Origin: Naegleria gruberi
Lineage: Eukaryota
Assembly: GCA_000004985.1 (NCBI GenBank)
Contig: GG738892.1
Length of the DNA: 64,000 bases
Direction: 5' to 3' (one strand)
In this document: positions 21,131 to 31,425 of the stretch, one piece after another
Layout: each line of letters begins with the position of its first letter
Position numbering within the stretch: position 1 is the first letter of the stretch
Notes under the pieces: generated by a model
The model's database searches: none
What the model was told of the DNA's origin: nothing
The model's input: only the letters and a program-made list of their open reading frames with translations
Program-made: the position numbers and the translations under genes

Positions 21131-21291
21131 TTCGGATATTATTAAAAAATTTTGAATACGACTGATGGCGACACCTTCACTTTAAATTACTGTGCGGCGT
21201 GCATTGATTCTATTAAATATATCTATGGTAATGTGAAAAATCATAATCCAAAAATTAATTTACTATTTCATAACTACAGCTAAATATTAAT

Positions 21292-24200
21292 TTATTTAAA
21301 AACTGAAACTCTGTTGTTAGTCTCCTCACAAATATACAATTCTCCTGTGTGATGATCGACATCAAAACCAGTTGGTGAAAATAATTGACCGTGCTTACTT
21401 CCCTTCTCACCAAATCTCTTGACAATTCTCAAACAACGAGTCTTTCCATTTCTTGGTCCAAGTCTATCAATTAACAAATCATCATAACTTTCAAATTGTC
21501 CCAATTCATCCTTACTCTCCACAAAATTACAATCCTCATAGACATTGATTCGATGCCAATTATGAACTGACAAGTACAAGTATCCTGTAGATCTTTCAAA
21601 ATAAATATAATTGGTGGCCCATTCAATTTCTGGTGAAACACTTAGACTTCTCATATCATGAATTAATTCTCCTTCCCTTGTAAAGACCTTAATGGAACCA
21701 CTTGTAAAATCATAGGCCATTAAATGACCATCATTATTAAAGTCAACTCCCCAACCAGAATTAATTTCCTTAATGGTTCCAATAGTTCTGAGAATTTTAC
21801 CATCATGACTAATAACAGCAATTCTATTATTACACATGTCAGTAACGTAGACATCACTAGTCTCTGGATCGACAGTGAGACATGTTGGAGTAGAAATTTC
21901 ATCTGGATAATCTCCTGCAGATCCTCTTCCTGCTTGCCAAACTTGAACTTTTCCATCCCATGTATATTTGCTGTTTGTGTTGGCATTTCAATTAATTGTA
22001 ATGTAGCAGTAAATGCAATCAATTGTAAGAAAAATAAATAATACATACTAAACCTTATTAGTTGAAGTTCCTGATACAAGCAAAGTCTTATCATTGTAGT
22101 CAAATGCAATAGATCTACTTCCACCTGGAACTGAAAAGTGATACAAATATTTTTTAGTAGCACAATCAAAAACTTGAATTCTACCATTCAAATAATCTGA
22201 AACAAATGCTTGTCTTGTCATGGCATTAATTTTCACATCGTGTGGCAAGCTAAAAAGGCCAGGATCTCTTTGATGTCTAGAGTAATTTCCATACTTGTCT
22301 CCAAGCTTTCCAACATATTCAATCTTTCCAAATAGGCTGAATGTCTTTCTCTTGAAAACCGGTTGAGCAAGAGCTGAGGATTTGGTTGAGTTTGGAGGGG
22401 GCAATTCTTTAAGACCAGTATGGAATTTGGTCTTGTTTGACTTGTTGTGGAGAGTCAAGTGAAGTTCACAGAAATAGGCATCACAATCAGAGCAGTGATG
22501 AGTGGCATTGGTTTTTTCCTCTGCTTCATCAAAACATTTGGTACAATGAGGTACAGAACTTTCCTTCTTCAATTCTACCAAATCATCAACATGGAATTTG
22601 GTCTTGTTTGCCTTATTGTGTAGTGTCAAGTGTTCTTCACAAAAGTGGAGAGCACATGTCTTACAAAAGTGAGTAGCTTGCGTTTGTTCTTCATCATCGA
22701 GACACTTGTCACAGAATCGTTCGCCACTTGAGGAATCATTTGTTTCGGCAAGTGGAATCTTGGTTTCAACTGTTTCAATCAAATTTCCTCTCAAATATAA
22801 ATTAGTAGTGATTAATACATCTTTTCCATCGCCAGCTTGTTCCAACTCAATTGGAATGGATTTTTCATACTTTCCATTTTCTGGAATTAATTGAACTTGT
22901 TCTTCAAATGTTTTTGTGACAAATCTTGTGTCAAATGTAATGACATAGTGTACAGGGTTCGGAGTATACTTTCCATATGGAATTCCAGAAGCATTATTCA
23001 AGGTAATTTTCAATGTTGCTGCCTTTCCTGGTCTGAGAGCAGTTGGATCTTGAGAGATGGATTCAATACTGACAGGATATTGAACCTTAAAAGTTTTTGG
23101 AAGGGTTGAATTGTTAAATGTCTTTCCAAGAAGAGTTGCTTGTGAAATGATGGTAATTTCAGATTCCAAGCCACTACTACCATTCTCTCCTACAGTACCA
23201 TGAAAATCGTGTGGAACGACAATTTCCTCTTGAGGAGCAAGACTTGTATTCAATGTAAAACTTTCCTGACCAGCATTTGGAAGGAATTTGAATTTAGAGC
23301 TAGCCAAACTGGTAAAGCTAATCACTACTCCACTTGGGCATGTCAATTTTCCTTCATTCTTAATTTTGAGACCTGTAATCATGACAGCTTCACCTGGTTC
23401 AATAATTCCATCATTGGTGTTTACATCAGTTGTTTTCAATTCAAAATCTGAAACAACCAAATCATACATTTCACTTGCTTGCTCTAAAACCTGTCCAGTT
23501 TTAGAATCTACAATTACAAACTTCTTAACTCCTGATTGACCAGATTTTGATCCAGGTTCGCCAGCCTTGCCTTCCTGACCAGACTTACCACGATCTCCCT
23601 TTTGGCCATCCTTTCCTTTTTCTCCTGCCTTCTTTCCAGCACCATTTAGTGAGCTAGGATCTCCTCCTGAACCAGCATGTCCACGAGAACCTCCCAAACC
23701 AGCTGATCCAGCTCTACCTTGTTCACCTCCCATACCAGACATTCCTCCTCTACATTCAACTTGTAAAAAGATGAGATATTCTGGGTGGGATGTAGTTACA
23801 ATGACTTGATTGGTTGCATCTCCTCCATTAGCTCCATTTCCACCACTTTAGTTATTATTATTAAATTAGAAATTATTAGAAATAATTTAACAAATAATGG
23901 AAGATGAAAAAACTTACTCTCCACCATTACCTGAATGTCCACCATTTCCTCCTCTGCCACCATTTCCACCATTACCACCACTTCCTCCACTTTCACCTTT
24001 TCCTCCCTTTCCACCATTGCCACCTGATTCATTCAGAGAAGTGAAAAGTAGGGTCAGTACAACTCAATGAAATAGGATAATTAGAAACTTACCACTACCA
24101 CCTTCGCCTCCTGCTCCTCCGTCACCACCTCTACCACCATTTCCTCCATCACCTCCATTAGCTCTGAAAATCAACACGGATTCAGAAGCATCTTTAATAT

Positions 24201-24729
24201 CCAACAAGACACTTTCATTTGCAATATTTGATGACATGTTAAACTTTAACAAATTATCACTCTGGGATTCGATTGTAATTTGCACACTGGTGTGAGGACA
24301 CGATTTACCATCACTAGCATGACTGCCATTCAATCCATCAGTACCATTTCCTCCATTTCCTTTTGTGATTTCACAGAATTCCATAAGATGATGAATTTAA
24401 TGTCAACATATATATATTGAAATCATGTGCAATGATAACAAACCTCCAGAATCACCATCATCTCCTCTACCACCTCCACTCTTTCCCAAATGACCCGATC
24501 TTCCACTCTAAATTTGTTTCAACAACATATTAATATTTACATTTGATCATCAATCATATGATCAACAATACATTAAAATTTCCTTAAATACTATTGTGTG
24601 ATAGAATTACAAACCTCTCCTTTTGATCCTTTTTGTCCAGCTTGACCATCTGAACCATCCGAACCAACCTCACCACTCCAATCAATTATTTTAATCGAAT
24701 CAGTACATGAAGTGGCCATTTTGTTTTTT
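21292..24729 (-). CDS. collagen-like (Gly-X-Y) + 2x B-box zinc finger + NHL-repeat protein, 6 exons (~1000 aa): join(21292..21970,22049..23845,23918..24023,24092..24359,24444..24507,24607..24729)
   Basis: Exon 1 is ATG...GQAGQKGSKGE | GTTTGT. Exons 2-4 are small and encode SGRSGHLGKSGGGRGDDGDSGG, GNGGNGTDG...ANGGDGGNGGRGGDGGAGGEGGSG and GNGGKGGKGESGGSGGNGGNGGRGGNGGHSGNGG, all with Gly at every third position, separated by 64-116-nt introns with GTAAGT or GTTTGT donors. Exon 5 continues GGNGANGGDAT...GEQGRAGSAGLGGSRGHAGSGG...GKAGEPG, then two B-box-like zinc fingers (CDKCLDDEEQTQATHFCKTCALHFCEEHLTLHNK...; CTKCFDEAEEKTNATHHCSDCDAYFCELHLTLHNK). After donor ta|GTATGT, a 78-nt intron and acceptor aacag|C, exon 6 carries NHL repeats (DVYVTDMCNNRIAVISHDGK..., LYICEETNNRVSVFK). 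All phases are consistent. Exact boundaries are +/-1 nt because my count of the printed sequence near 24300 disagrees with the ORF track by one base. Confidence 0.6.
23846..24729 (-). repeat. coding Gly-X-Y triplet repeat (collagen-like), split over four small exons of the gene above
   Basis: Minus-strand codons GGN GGN AAT/AAG/GAT repeated. Read-through ORFs in the track (24064..24384) show GNGGNG...GGDGGNGGRGGDGGAGGEGGSG. Confidence 0.6.
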
Positions 24730-25010
24730 GCTAAATTCGACTTGTAAAACATTATTCAATATTTATGCTCAATCAAACATGAAAGAACTTGCTAGGAAAT
24801 TGCAAATAACCGAATTGGAACACTAATAGTAAGGAGCGCCAATCAAGGTAAAAAATTCGTTGTGGGGGCGATTAAACATAATATTGTTGTCTAAGGCTAA
24901 AATGCGCGTTTTTGATTGTTATCGTGAGAAAATTTTGTACCAACATCGGATCAAGCCTTTTTAATTTTTTCAAAACTTGAAAAAAACAAATCAAAGACTA
25001 AGAGAGCAAA
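24730..25010. promoter_or_regulatory. inferred bidirectional promoter between divergent B-box/NHL genes
   Basis: 281-bp gap between the ATG of the minus-strand gene (24727-24729) and the ATG of the plus-strand gene (25011). No motif verified. Confidence 0.3.
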
Positions 25011-26480
25011 ATGCCACCAAAATTCTGCGCCAAATGTCTCGATGAAGAGGAAGAAGTTGCAGCAACTCATCACTGTCCAACATGTGATCTGTTAATGTGT
25101 GAGGTCCATTTGATGTTACACAATAAGGTGGCCAAGACTAAAGGACATGCTGCCGATGTGGTGGAAGTTAAAGAGGAAGAGGAAGAAAAGAAACAAATAA
25201 TGTGTCAAATGTGTATGGAAGATGATGAGGAAACAGCTGCCTTGTACTTTTGTCCTATTTGCAAGTTGAATATCTGTGAACTTCATTTGAATTTGCATAA
25301 CAAGATGAGCAAGACAAAGGGTCACGAAAAGGAGATCAAGATATTGGGAGAGGACGGATTGAGTACTTGTGCTCATTGTCAAGCTCATTGTCCTGATGAT
25401 TTTGTTGATGCTGTCTTTGCCTGTAGAGAATGTAAAACTAATTTGTGTTATCATCATGCTAAAATTCACACTCTTGCTTGTAATCATGCCAAAAATCCAA
25501 AACCTCAAGGTGAAGGATGTTCCCAACTCGATACCAACTCGTTCCGTCTATTGGCCGATAACAAGTTTAAACAATTTGCAGGAGATTTTGAATTTGTTGG
25601 ATTTTTGGGATCAAGTAATGAAGCTCAGGATGAATTTTTCTTGAAAGGAAGTGAAGGAAAGCAACCTCAACAATTCAAAAAACCAAATGGATTGAAAATT
25701 AACATTTATACAAAGGAAATATTTGTTTGTGACTCTCAAAATTGTAGAATTCAAGTTTTTGATTTGACCACAAGAGCATTCAAACGTGAAATGAAGTTTT
25801 TCAGCTTTTCACCACTTCATCTTGATTTTGATCTTTCAGATGACACTATGATCATTAGTGGTGATAATCAAACAGTTGCCAAGTACACAATGGATGGTAG
25901 AACTTTAATTTGGGAATATGGTAAACCAAACAATTATACTGCAACCGATGAGACATTTGGTAATTGTCGTGGTATTGTTGTAGATAATGAAGGGGATGGA
26001 AATGTTTACATTGCCGAGTGGAATAACGATAGAGTGAAGGTATTGACAAGAGATGGCAAGTTTGTCAAACACTTTATTGAAAAGCAATTATGGACTGCTC
26101 CTCAAGGATTGGCTATTAGAAATGGAAATTTACTAGTCAATTCTCGTTGTTATGGTCAAGGACAAGTTGCTGAATTGAGTCTTCCTGATGGAGAATTTAT
26201 TAAGAGTTATGGTAAAAAGCAAGACCTGGATCCTGAACTCCAAGATTCATGCTACATGTGTGTTGAACGATTTTCAGGAAATATTGTCATTGCGGATACT
26301 GACGATTCGTGGACCTCTCCAATTAAATTCATCAAGGGTCAAAGTTTACTCAAACTTGAAAAACCAAGAGGGCAAGGAAAGTTACATTTCAGTGCCCCAA
26401 CTGGCATTGACATTGATCCTTACACTGGTTTATTGTATGTATGCGATCGTGAAAATAATCGTGTTCAAATATTGAAATAA
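25011..26480 (+). CDS. 3x B-box zinc finger + NHL-repeat protein (489 aa), single exon
   Basis: ATG start. Three Cys/His modules (CAKCLDEEEEVAATHHCPTCDLLMCEVHLMLHNK..., CQMCMEDDEETAALYFCPICKLNICELHLNLHNK..., CAHCQAHCPDDFVDAVFACRECKTNLCYHHAKIH). The C-terminal six-blade NHL signature ends in LLYVCDRENNRVQILK. Confidence 0.8.
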   Translation: MPPKFCAKCLDEEEEVAATHHCPTCDLLMCEVHLMLHNKVAKTKGHAADVVEVKEEEEEKKQIMCQMCMEDDEETAALYFCPICKLNICELHLNLHNKMSKTKGHEKEIKILGEDGLSTCAHCQAHCPDDFVDAVFACRECKTNLCYHHAKIHTLACNHAKNPKPQGEGCSQLDTNSFRLLADNKFKQFAGDFEFVGFLGSSNEAQDEFFLKGSEGKQPQQFKKPNGLKINIYTKEIFVCDSQNCRIQVFDLTTRAFKREMKFFSFSPLHLDFDLSDDTMIISGDNQTVAKYTMDGRTLIWEYGKPNNYTATDETFGNCRGIVVDNEGDGNVYIAEWNNDRVKVLTRDGKFVKHFIEKQLWTAPQGLAIRNGNLLVNSRCYGQGQVAELSLPDGEFIKSYGKKQDLDPELQDSCYMCVERFSGNIVIADTDDSWTSPIKFIKGQSLLKLEKPRGQGKLHFSAPTGIDIDPYTGLLYVCDRENNRVQILK

Positions 26481-26578
26481 ATTTGGTAGCTCTGTAAATT
26501 GTATATTATTAATCCAATTACAAAATCTTATTAAAATAATAATTTGTCAAGTTATTAAATACAAAATGAATTGGCAAT

Positions 26579-27817
26579 TTATTTATAAATAACAACCTTA
26601 TCTTCATCACAATTGACATACAAATAGCCATTAGTTGGGTCAATATCCATACCATATGGTCTGAATGGTCTTTCTCCTAATTGAGTTGAGCAACCAGTTG
26701 CTGTAGCCATTAATACTTTGCCATCTTTTTCAGTTAACTCGTAGAGAGTCAATTTCTTAGAGGACGGTTCAGACATGATCAAGTTGCCAGTACACTTTTC
26801 TACTATACAATAAATTGGAGGATTACAGAATGCATTCAGGGTGGAATTCTCATATCCAAAAACCTTATTAACAAATACTCCATCCTTTGTAAATAATTGA
26901 ACTCCTCTCTTGTGATATGTCTTGTTGCAATAGACAAGTAAATTCTTATTGTCGGCTGTCAACCCAATACAGTAAGGATCGTAAATTTCAGCAATGTCGC
27001 TTCCAATCTCTCCCTTCATTGTTCTTAAATATTGACCTGCACTGGAGAAGACTTGAATTCTTGAATTGAAACAATCAGCAACAAATACAGAACCATCCAA
27101 AGGATCGACCACACAAGTAGTATGATCAGAGAATCTGTCATTACTTTCACCTCTTGATTGATCAAATTTCCACACAACTTCACCACTCTCAACTTTAATT
27201 TTGTAAATATTACAACCACAACACAAGATCATTGCTTCATCATTATCACACAAGCACATCCAACGAGCAGTGGAAGGAGCCTTGATCGTTCTCTTTGGCT
27301 CTCTAGTCTTGCTATCAAAAACAGCAATCATACTATATTCATAAGACATGTAAATCTCTTGATTCTTGGCACTCACTTTAACATCAAATGATTTTCTAGT
27401 GCCAAGAGTTTGTTTTTCAATTTCCAAAGTACCAACAAGTGTGAAATTTCCACTAAATGGAACATCACCTCCCTTTCCAATCACTCTAATTTCTGGAGTG
27501 TGTGATTTACTCAGAGTTGAAATCTTGTGCAACTCGACATGATTTTTACATAAATTTAATTTACATTCATGACAATGATGACTAGCCTTCAAACATGTAT
27601 CCAACAATTTCTTCTCCTTCATTTCCAAACACTCATCACACATGTAAACAGGTTTTGAATTAATATCAATCACTTGATCCGCATGCCCGGAAGTCTTCTT
27701 TGCAGCATTATGAAGCTCCAAATGACTCTCACAAAAATAGAGAGCACATTGTGGGCAGTGATGAGAGGCTGGTGTTGTCTCCTCCACTTGTTTACACTTA
27801 TCGCAACATTGAACCAT
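26579..27817 (-). CDS. 2x B-box zinc finger + NHL-repeat protein (412 aa), single exon
   Basis: ATG start. CDKCKQVEETTPASHHCPQCALYFCESHLELHN... and CDECLEMKEKKLLDTCLKASHHCHECKLNLCKNHVELH..., then NHL repeats (FVADCFNSRIQVFS, LYVNCDEDKVVIYK). Confidence 0.8.
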   Translation of the reverse strand: MVQCCDKCKQVEETTPASHHCPQCALYFCESHLELHNAAKKTSGHADQVIDINSKPVYMCDECLEMKEKKLLDTCLKASHHCHECKLNLCKNHVELHKISTLSKSHTPEIRVIGKGGDVPFSGNFTLVGTLEIEKQTLGTRKSFDVKVSAKNQEIYMSYEYSMIAVFDSKTREPKRTIKAPSTARWMCLCDNDEAMILCCGCNIYKIKVESGEVVWKFDQSRGESNDRFSDHTTCVVDPLDGSVFVADCFNSRIQVFSSAGQYLRTMKGEIGSDIAEIYDPYCIGLTADNKNLLVYCNKTYHKRGVQLFTKDGVFVNKVFGYENSTLNAFCNPPIYCIVEKCTGNLIMSEPSSKKLTLYELTEKDGKVLMATATGCSTQLGERPFRPYGMDIDPTNGYLYVNCDEDKVVIYK

Positions 27818-28143
27818 GGCTTTTTTTTTTGATTTTCTTCTTGTGAGTAAGCGACTAAGCGTTTTTTTTGATCACGAAGGATTCTTGTTCGGGTAATATT
27901 TTTGCCTATCGCCCTTTGTGAACATATGTAGTACGGCAATGTTCGATTTGGAAGGGAGAACAACTGGTGCAAAATTTAATCTTTACTACAGTATGTACGG
28001 TTTAGAGTCTTTGAAAAAAACAGTCTTAAATCTTCTATTGAGGTGGTTTAATAATTTTCCTTGATATTGAGGAAAGTGTTGCAATCTTCTTTAAATAACT
28101 GGAAATTTCCAATTTTTTTAAAATTAATAAAAATTAAAAAAAA

Positions 28144-29310
28144 ATGCCTCAACTCGATAACAATGAAGAGAAAGCCTTGATGATCAAACAGGAGAAAAGA
28201 CGGGAAATGTCTCTCCGATTTGGAAAGTCCATGATTAAGAAAACATTTCAACCAATGAAAAAAGTTTCTGCTATGGAGAGGAGGAAAAAATTGGGAATTG
28301 ATTGTGAGGAGGAAGAAATGAATTTAAATAGTGGCAAGAATGTAAGACCTTTATCGGAGGAGAAGAAGAAAAAGAGGTCTGTTGTGGATATGTCTCTATT
28401 CGAAAGTAGTGATGATGATATTTGTGATGATGAAGTTGAGGAGAAGGTGAACAATAGGATGAGAAAAAATAAGCCTTCCGACTTTATTGAAGAACAAGAT
28501 TCATCAAGCAAAGAGGAAGAAGAAATTATTCAAAAAAAGAAGAAACGAAAGGTTTCGTCCACAACTAAAAATATAATAACTAGCGAAAGAAATGTAAAAA
28601 TACCAAAAACAGCCAAATACTATACAAGCCTTGGAGTAGAAACATGTGAGTCTTCCAATTTGGATTTGGAATTTATTGAAATTTCATCCAATTCAAACTC
28701 TAAAAAAAAGATTTTAGAAATTAAGGAGCTAGTGGATAGCTCATTAAATTACGACGAATCAGAAGAAGACTTTACCAAAAAGCCATATAAGTTATTCATT
28801 TGTTTGGAAAAAGATTCTCGAGTGGTAGTTGGATGTCTGATTGCAGAAAAGATTTCATCTGCAAGAAGAATTCATTTCAAGAGGAAGGAAAATGAAAGCT
28901 CTTCCTCCAATAATAGTAACAGCAGTGACAATGGTTGTGATGATATTTTATCAGCACTCTTTGAATCATTTAAGCACTCACTCTCTCAGAGTATTGGAAC
29001 AGAAGAATTACACTCACCCAAGATTATTGATCATCCCAGCCTAGACATGGCTGATATAAATTTTGATAATAGCACCAATGAGAAGGAAAAGGCTGTGTGT
29101 GGTATTTCTAGGATTTGGGTCTCTGACGACTACAGAAGAAGAGGAATTGGAACAAAACTATTGGACTATACGAGAAAGCACCTCTGCTATGCCTATCAAG
29201 TACCAAGACAATATATTGCCCTTACTCCTTTCACACCACTGGGTTTTAAATTTATTATTGAATATCTTTCGAAAGGAAAAACAAGAGTGGATTCAGTTTT
29301 GGTTTATTGA
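28144..29310 (+). CDS. Eco1/ESCO-family cohesin N-acetyltransferase
   Basis: C-terminal acetyltransferase core KLFICLEKDSRVVVGCLIAEKIS...VCGISRIWVSDDYRRRGIGTKLLDYTRKHL matches the Eco1/ESCO motifs (GISRIWV...RR.GIA..L). Lys/Glu/Ser-rich disordered N-terminus. Confidence 0.75.
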   Translation: MPQLDNNEEKALMIKQEKRREMSLRFGKSMIKKTFQPMKKVSAMERRKKLGIDCEEEEMNLNSGKNVRPLSEEKKKKRSVVDMSLFESSDDDICDDEVEEKVNNRMRKNKPSDFIEEQDSSSKEEEEIIQKKKKRKVSSTTKNIITSERNVKIPKTAKYYTSLGVETCESSNLDLEFIEISSNSNSKKKILEIKELVDSSLNYDESEEDFTKKPYKLFICLEKDSRVVVGCLIAEKISSARRIHFKRKENESSSSNNSNSSDNGCDDILSALFESFKHSLSQSIGTEELHSPKIIDHPSLDMADINFDNSTNEKEKAVCGISRIWVSDDYRRRGIGTKLLDYTRKHLCYAYQVPRQYIALTPFTPLGFKFIIEYLSKGKTRVDSVLVY

Positions 29311-29436
29311 GAATATTAGAAGTTACATTTTCATAATATTGTGAACCATTCTTGGTACCAGGAGCTGAAGTCCGTAATTAGTGATTTTACAATAGCAAGG
29401 AAAATCTGTAAAATTTTTTATTGTCAATCAAAAAAA

Positions 29437-31346
29437 ATGTCCAAACGAAGCAATGATGAGAGAACAAGAGAGGAACACGCCAAAAAGATTAAACTCTCGA
29501 CTGTTACCACCAATGAAACAACAACAGCATCACAAACGAATAATTTGTTGATGAATTTACCAAAGGATGAATTTTCACACATGATTTCTTTTTTAAATAT
29601 CGGAGAAGTGATAATGTTGAGTTTGTCATGTAAATTTATTCACAACTTCTTAAACGAACACCTACAAATGATTTATCCATATGTTGTTAATTCATATTCG
29701 GAGGGAAAGTATCCAGAGTGGAGTATTGGACGTGCTTTAAAGACTCATCGAAGATTGGTAATTAATAGCAAGTCAATTGATGAACTTAATGACGTTTTTA
29801 ACAGCATGATTAAAAAGAATGAGCCATTTTCCAAATTAACAAAATCAGTGGAAATAATTAGTATTGATCCTGGATTGGAAATGAAAAAACTTTTAAATCT
29901 CCTTTCCAAATCAACAGGACAACCAAAACAAAATGTGAAATTTGTAAGACTTTCCTATTCTAAAGATGAAAAATCAGATGAAGAAGACGAAGATGAAGAC
30001 GAAAAGACCCAAATGTTCAAAAATATAGAGAAGAATCACCAACATTGACGAGAAACTTGAAATCAATGCCAATTGGTTTCTCTGTCAAGGAATTAATCAT
30101 TGATGATATTGAAATATCTCTTTCAAATATTTACCAAATTCTATCCCATTGTAGTTCTTTGGAGAAATTAAAACTTTCTATATCCTCAGATGATGCAGAT
30201 TTGAAAGATTTTTCTATTGAAGTTCCATTGTTGGAGAATCTCAAATATCTCCAATTAGAGACAGTACATGGTTATGATGATAATGAGCTAAAGATTGCCT
30301 ATGATTTGGTGAAACTTGCCCCTAACCTCGAATATTTGGAGATTACATATGCCAATGAACCTGCAGGTAATGACTTTCTCCTTTTTCTCACACAAAAATG
30401 TCCAAATTTGAAAGGTATTTCTATTGATGTGGATGGCGATGTACCAGATTTACAAATTTCCGATGAAGGAATTCTTACATTCCTAAAAGGAGAACCTAAA
30501 TTAGAATATTTGAGCTTTGCATATTATTGTTGCAATATTAGTGGAGAAATATTTTCCAAAATTGGGCAGTTCAAGAACTTGAGATGTATAAAAATTAGTA
30601 GGGATGTGTACATGGAGGATGCCATAGATCAGTGTACAGATTTAAAATTTGGTGGAGGAATTCTAAACAAGCTAGAATCCATCTCGTTTGGAAGTAATTT
30701 TTCACTCAATCATTGTACCCAATCAGAGAAAGATAAATTCATTACATCCTTGATAGAGATGGCTCCAAACATTAGGGATATTGGAACTCTTAATGATATT
30801 GAAGCTATTGAAATTCTGGATTATTTAGATCAATTAAGTCCACTGTTAACTGTTTTTCCACACCTTGGTGATGAATGCACCCTAGATGAATGCAAAAAAA
30901 TTGAGCTTTGGTTGAAGAAATCAAAACAATTAGAAGAAATTGAGTGGAATTTCAATGTTGATCTTTCTAATATTGAACCAATTCCATCTGTGAAGAAACT
31001 CAGCGTGTATGAAGACCTTAATTTAAATAGTTCCAAGGAATTGAGCAGAGTCTTTCCTTCTCTTACTGAGCTTGCATATTATCCAAAGGAAAATCAAGAG
31101 AACGAGGTTGTTGAATTGTTAAAGAATGGCATTTGGCCTGATTTGAAATGCTTTAAAGGACCAAATAGTGTTTTGAAAGCTAGGCCAAATCTTTATGGAA
31201 ACAGAAAAGATGAGGGTTTAGTTGATTTTATAGAATTGTGTAAACTTGAAGATGAAACTCTTCAGTTTGAAAAGGAATGGCTTATTTTAGATCACGTCGA
31301 AGAGGAAATCAATACTTCTAAAATGATGAAATTCCTTAAAAAGTGA
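29437..31346 (+). CDS. F-box + leucine-rich-repeat (FBXL-like) protein; apparent -1 frame change near 30023..30048 (intron-less join not possible)
   Basis: The first ATG at 29437 (MSKRSNDERTREEHAKK...) gives an F-box-like segment FSHMISFLNIGEVIMLSLSCKFIHNFL. That ORF stops at 30048, and a second frame open from 30023 (track ORF 30045..31346) encodes cysteine-containing LRRs typical of FBXL/Skp2-type proteins. F-box and LRR normally sit on one polypeptide. Confidence 0.5.
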
Positions 31347-31425
31347 TAAATGACAACATTTTGATAAAATATATTTCATCAAAGAGTTAAATCTTATATT
31401 GTTTATTTATAAATCCAATTCTAAC

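Larger units (their letters stand above)
21030..21180. repeat. tRNA-Leu(CAG) duplication unit, copy 2 (inverted)
   Basis: See copy 1. It is the reverse complement including the flanks. Confidence 0.6.

Noticed and set aside
24290-24310. One-base discrepancy between my count of the printed sequence and the ORF track (the 24064..24384 ORF requires 321 nt; I read 322, with an extra C near 24300)
   Set aside because: Most likely my transcription or counting error. It only shifts my hand-derived exon coordinates in 24090-24360 by +/-1 and does not affect the model.
24064-24384. Treating the 106-aa track ORF (MEFCEITKGNGGNG...GGSGKFLIILFH) as an independent small gene
   Set aside because: Its start and end are intron read-through (the first ATG lies in an intron, and the tail KFLIILFH* is the translated GTAAGT intron). 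The Gly-rich core is an internal exon of the larger collagen-like/B-box/NHL gene.
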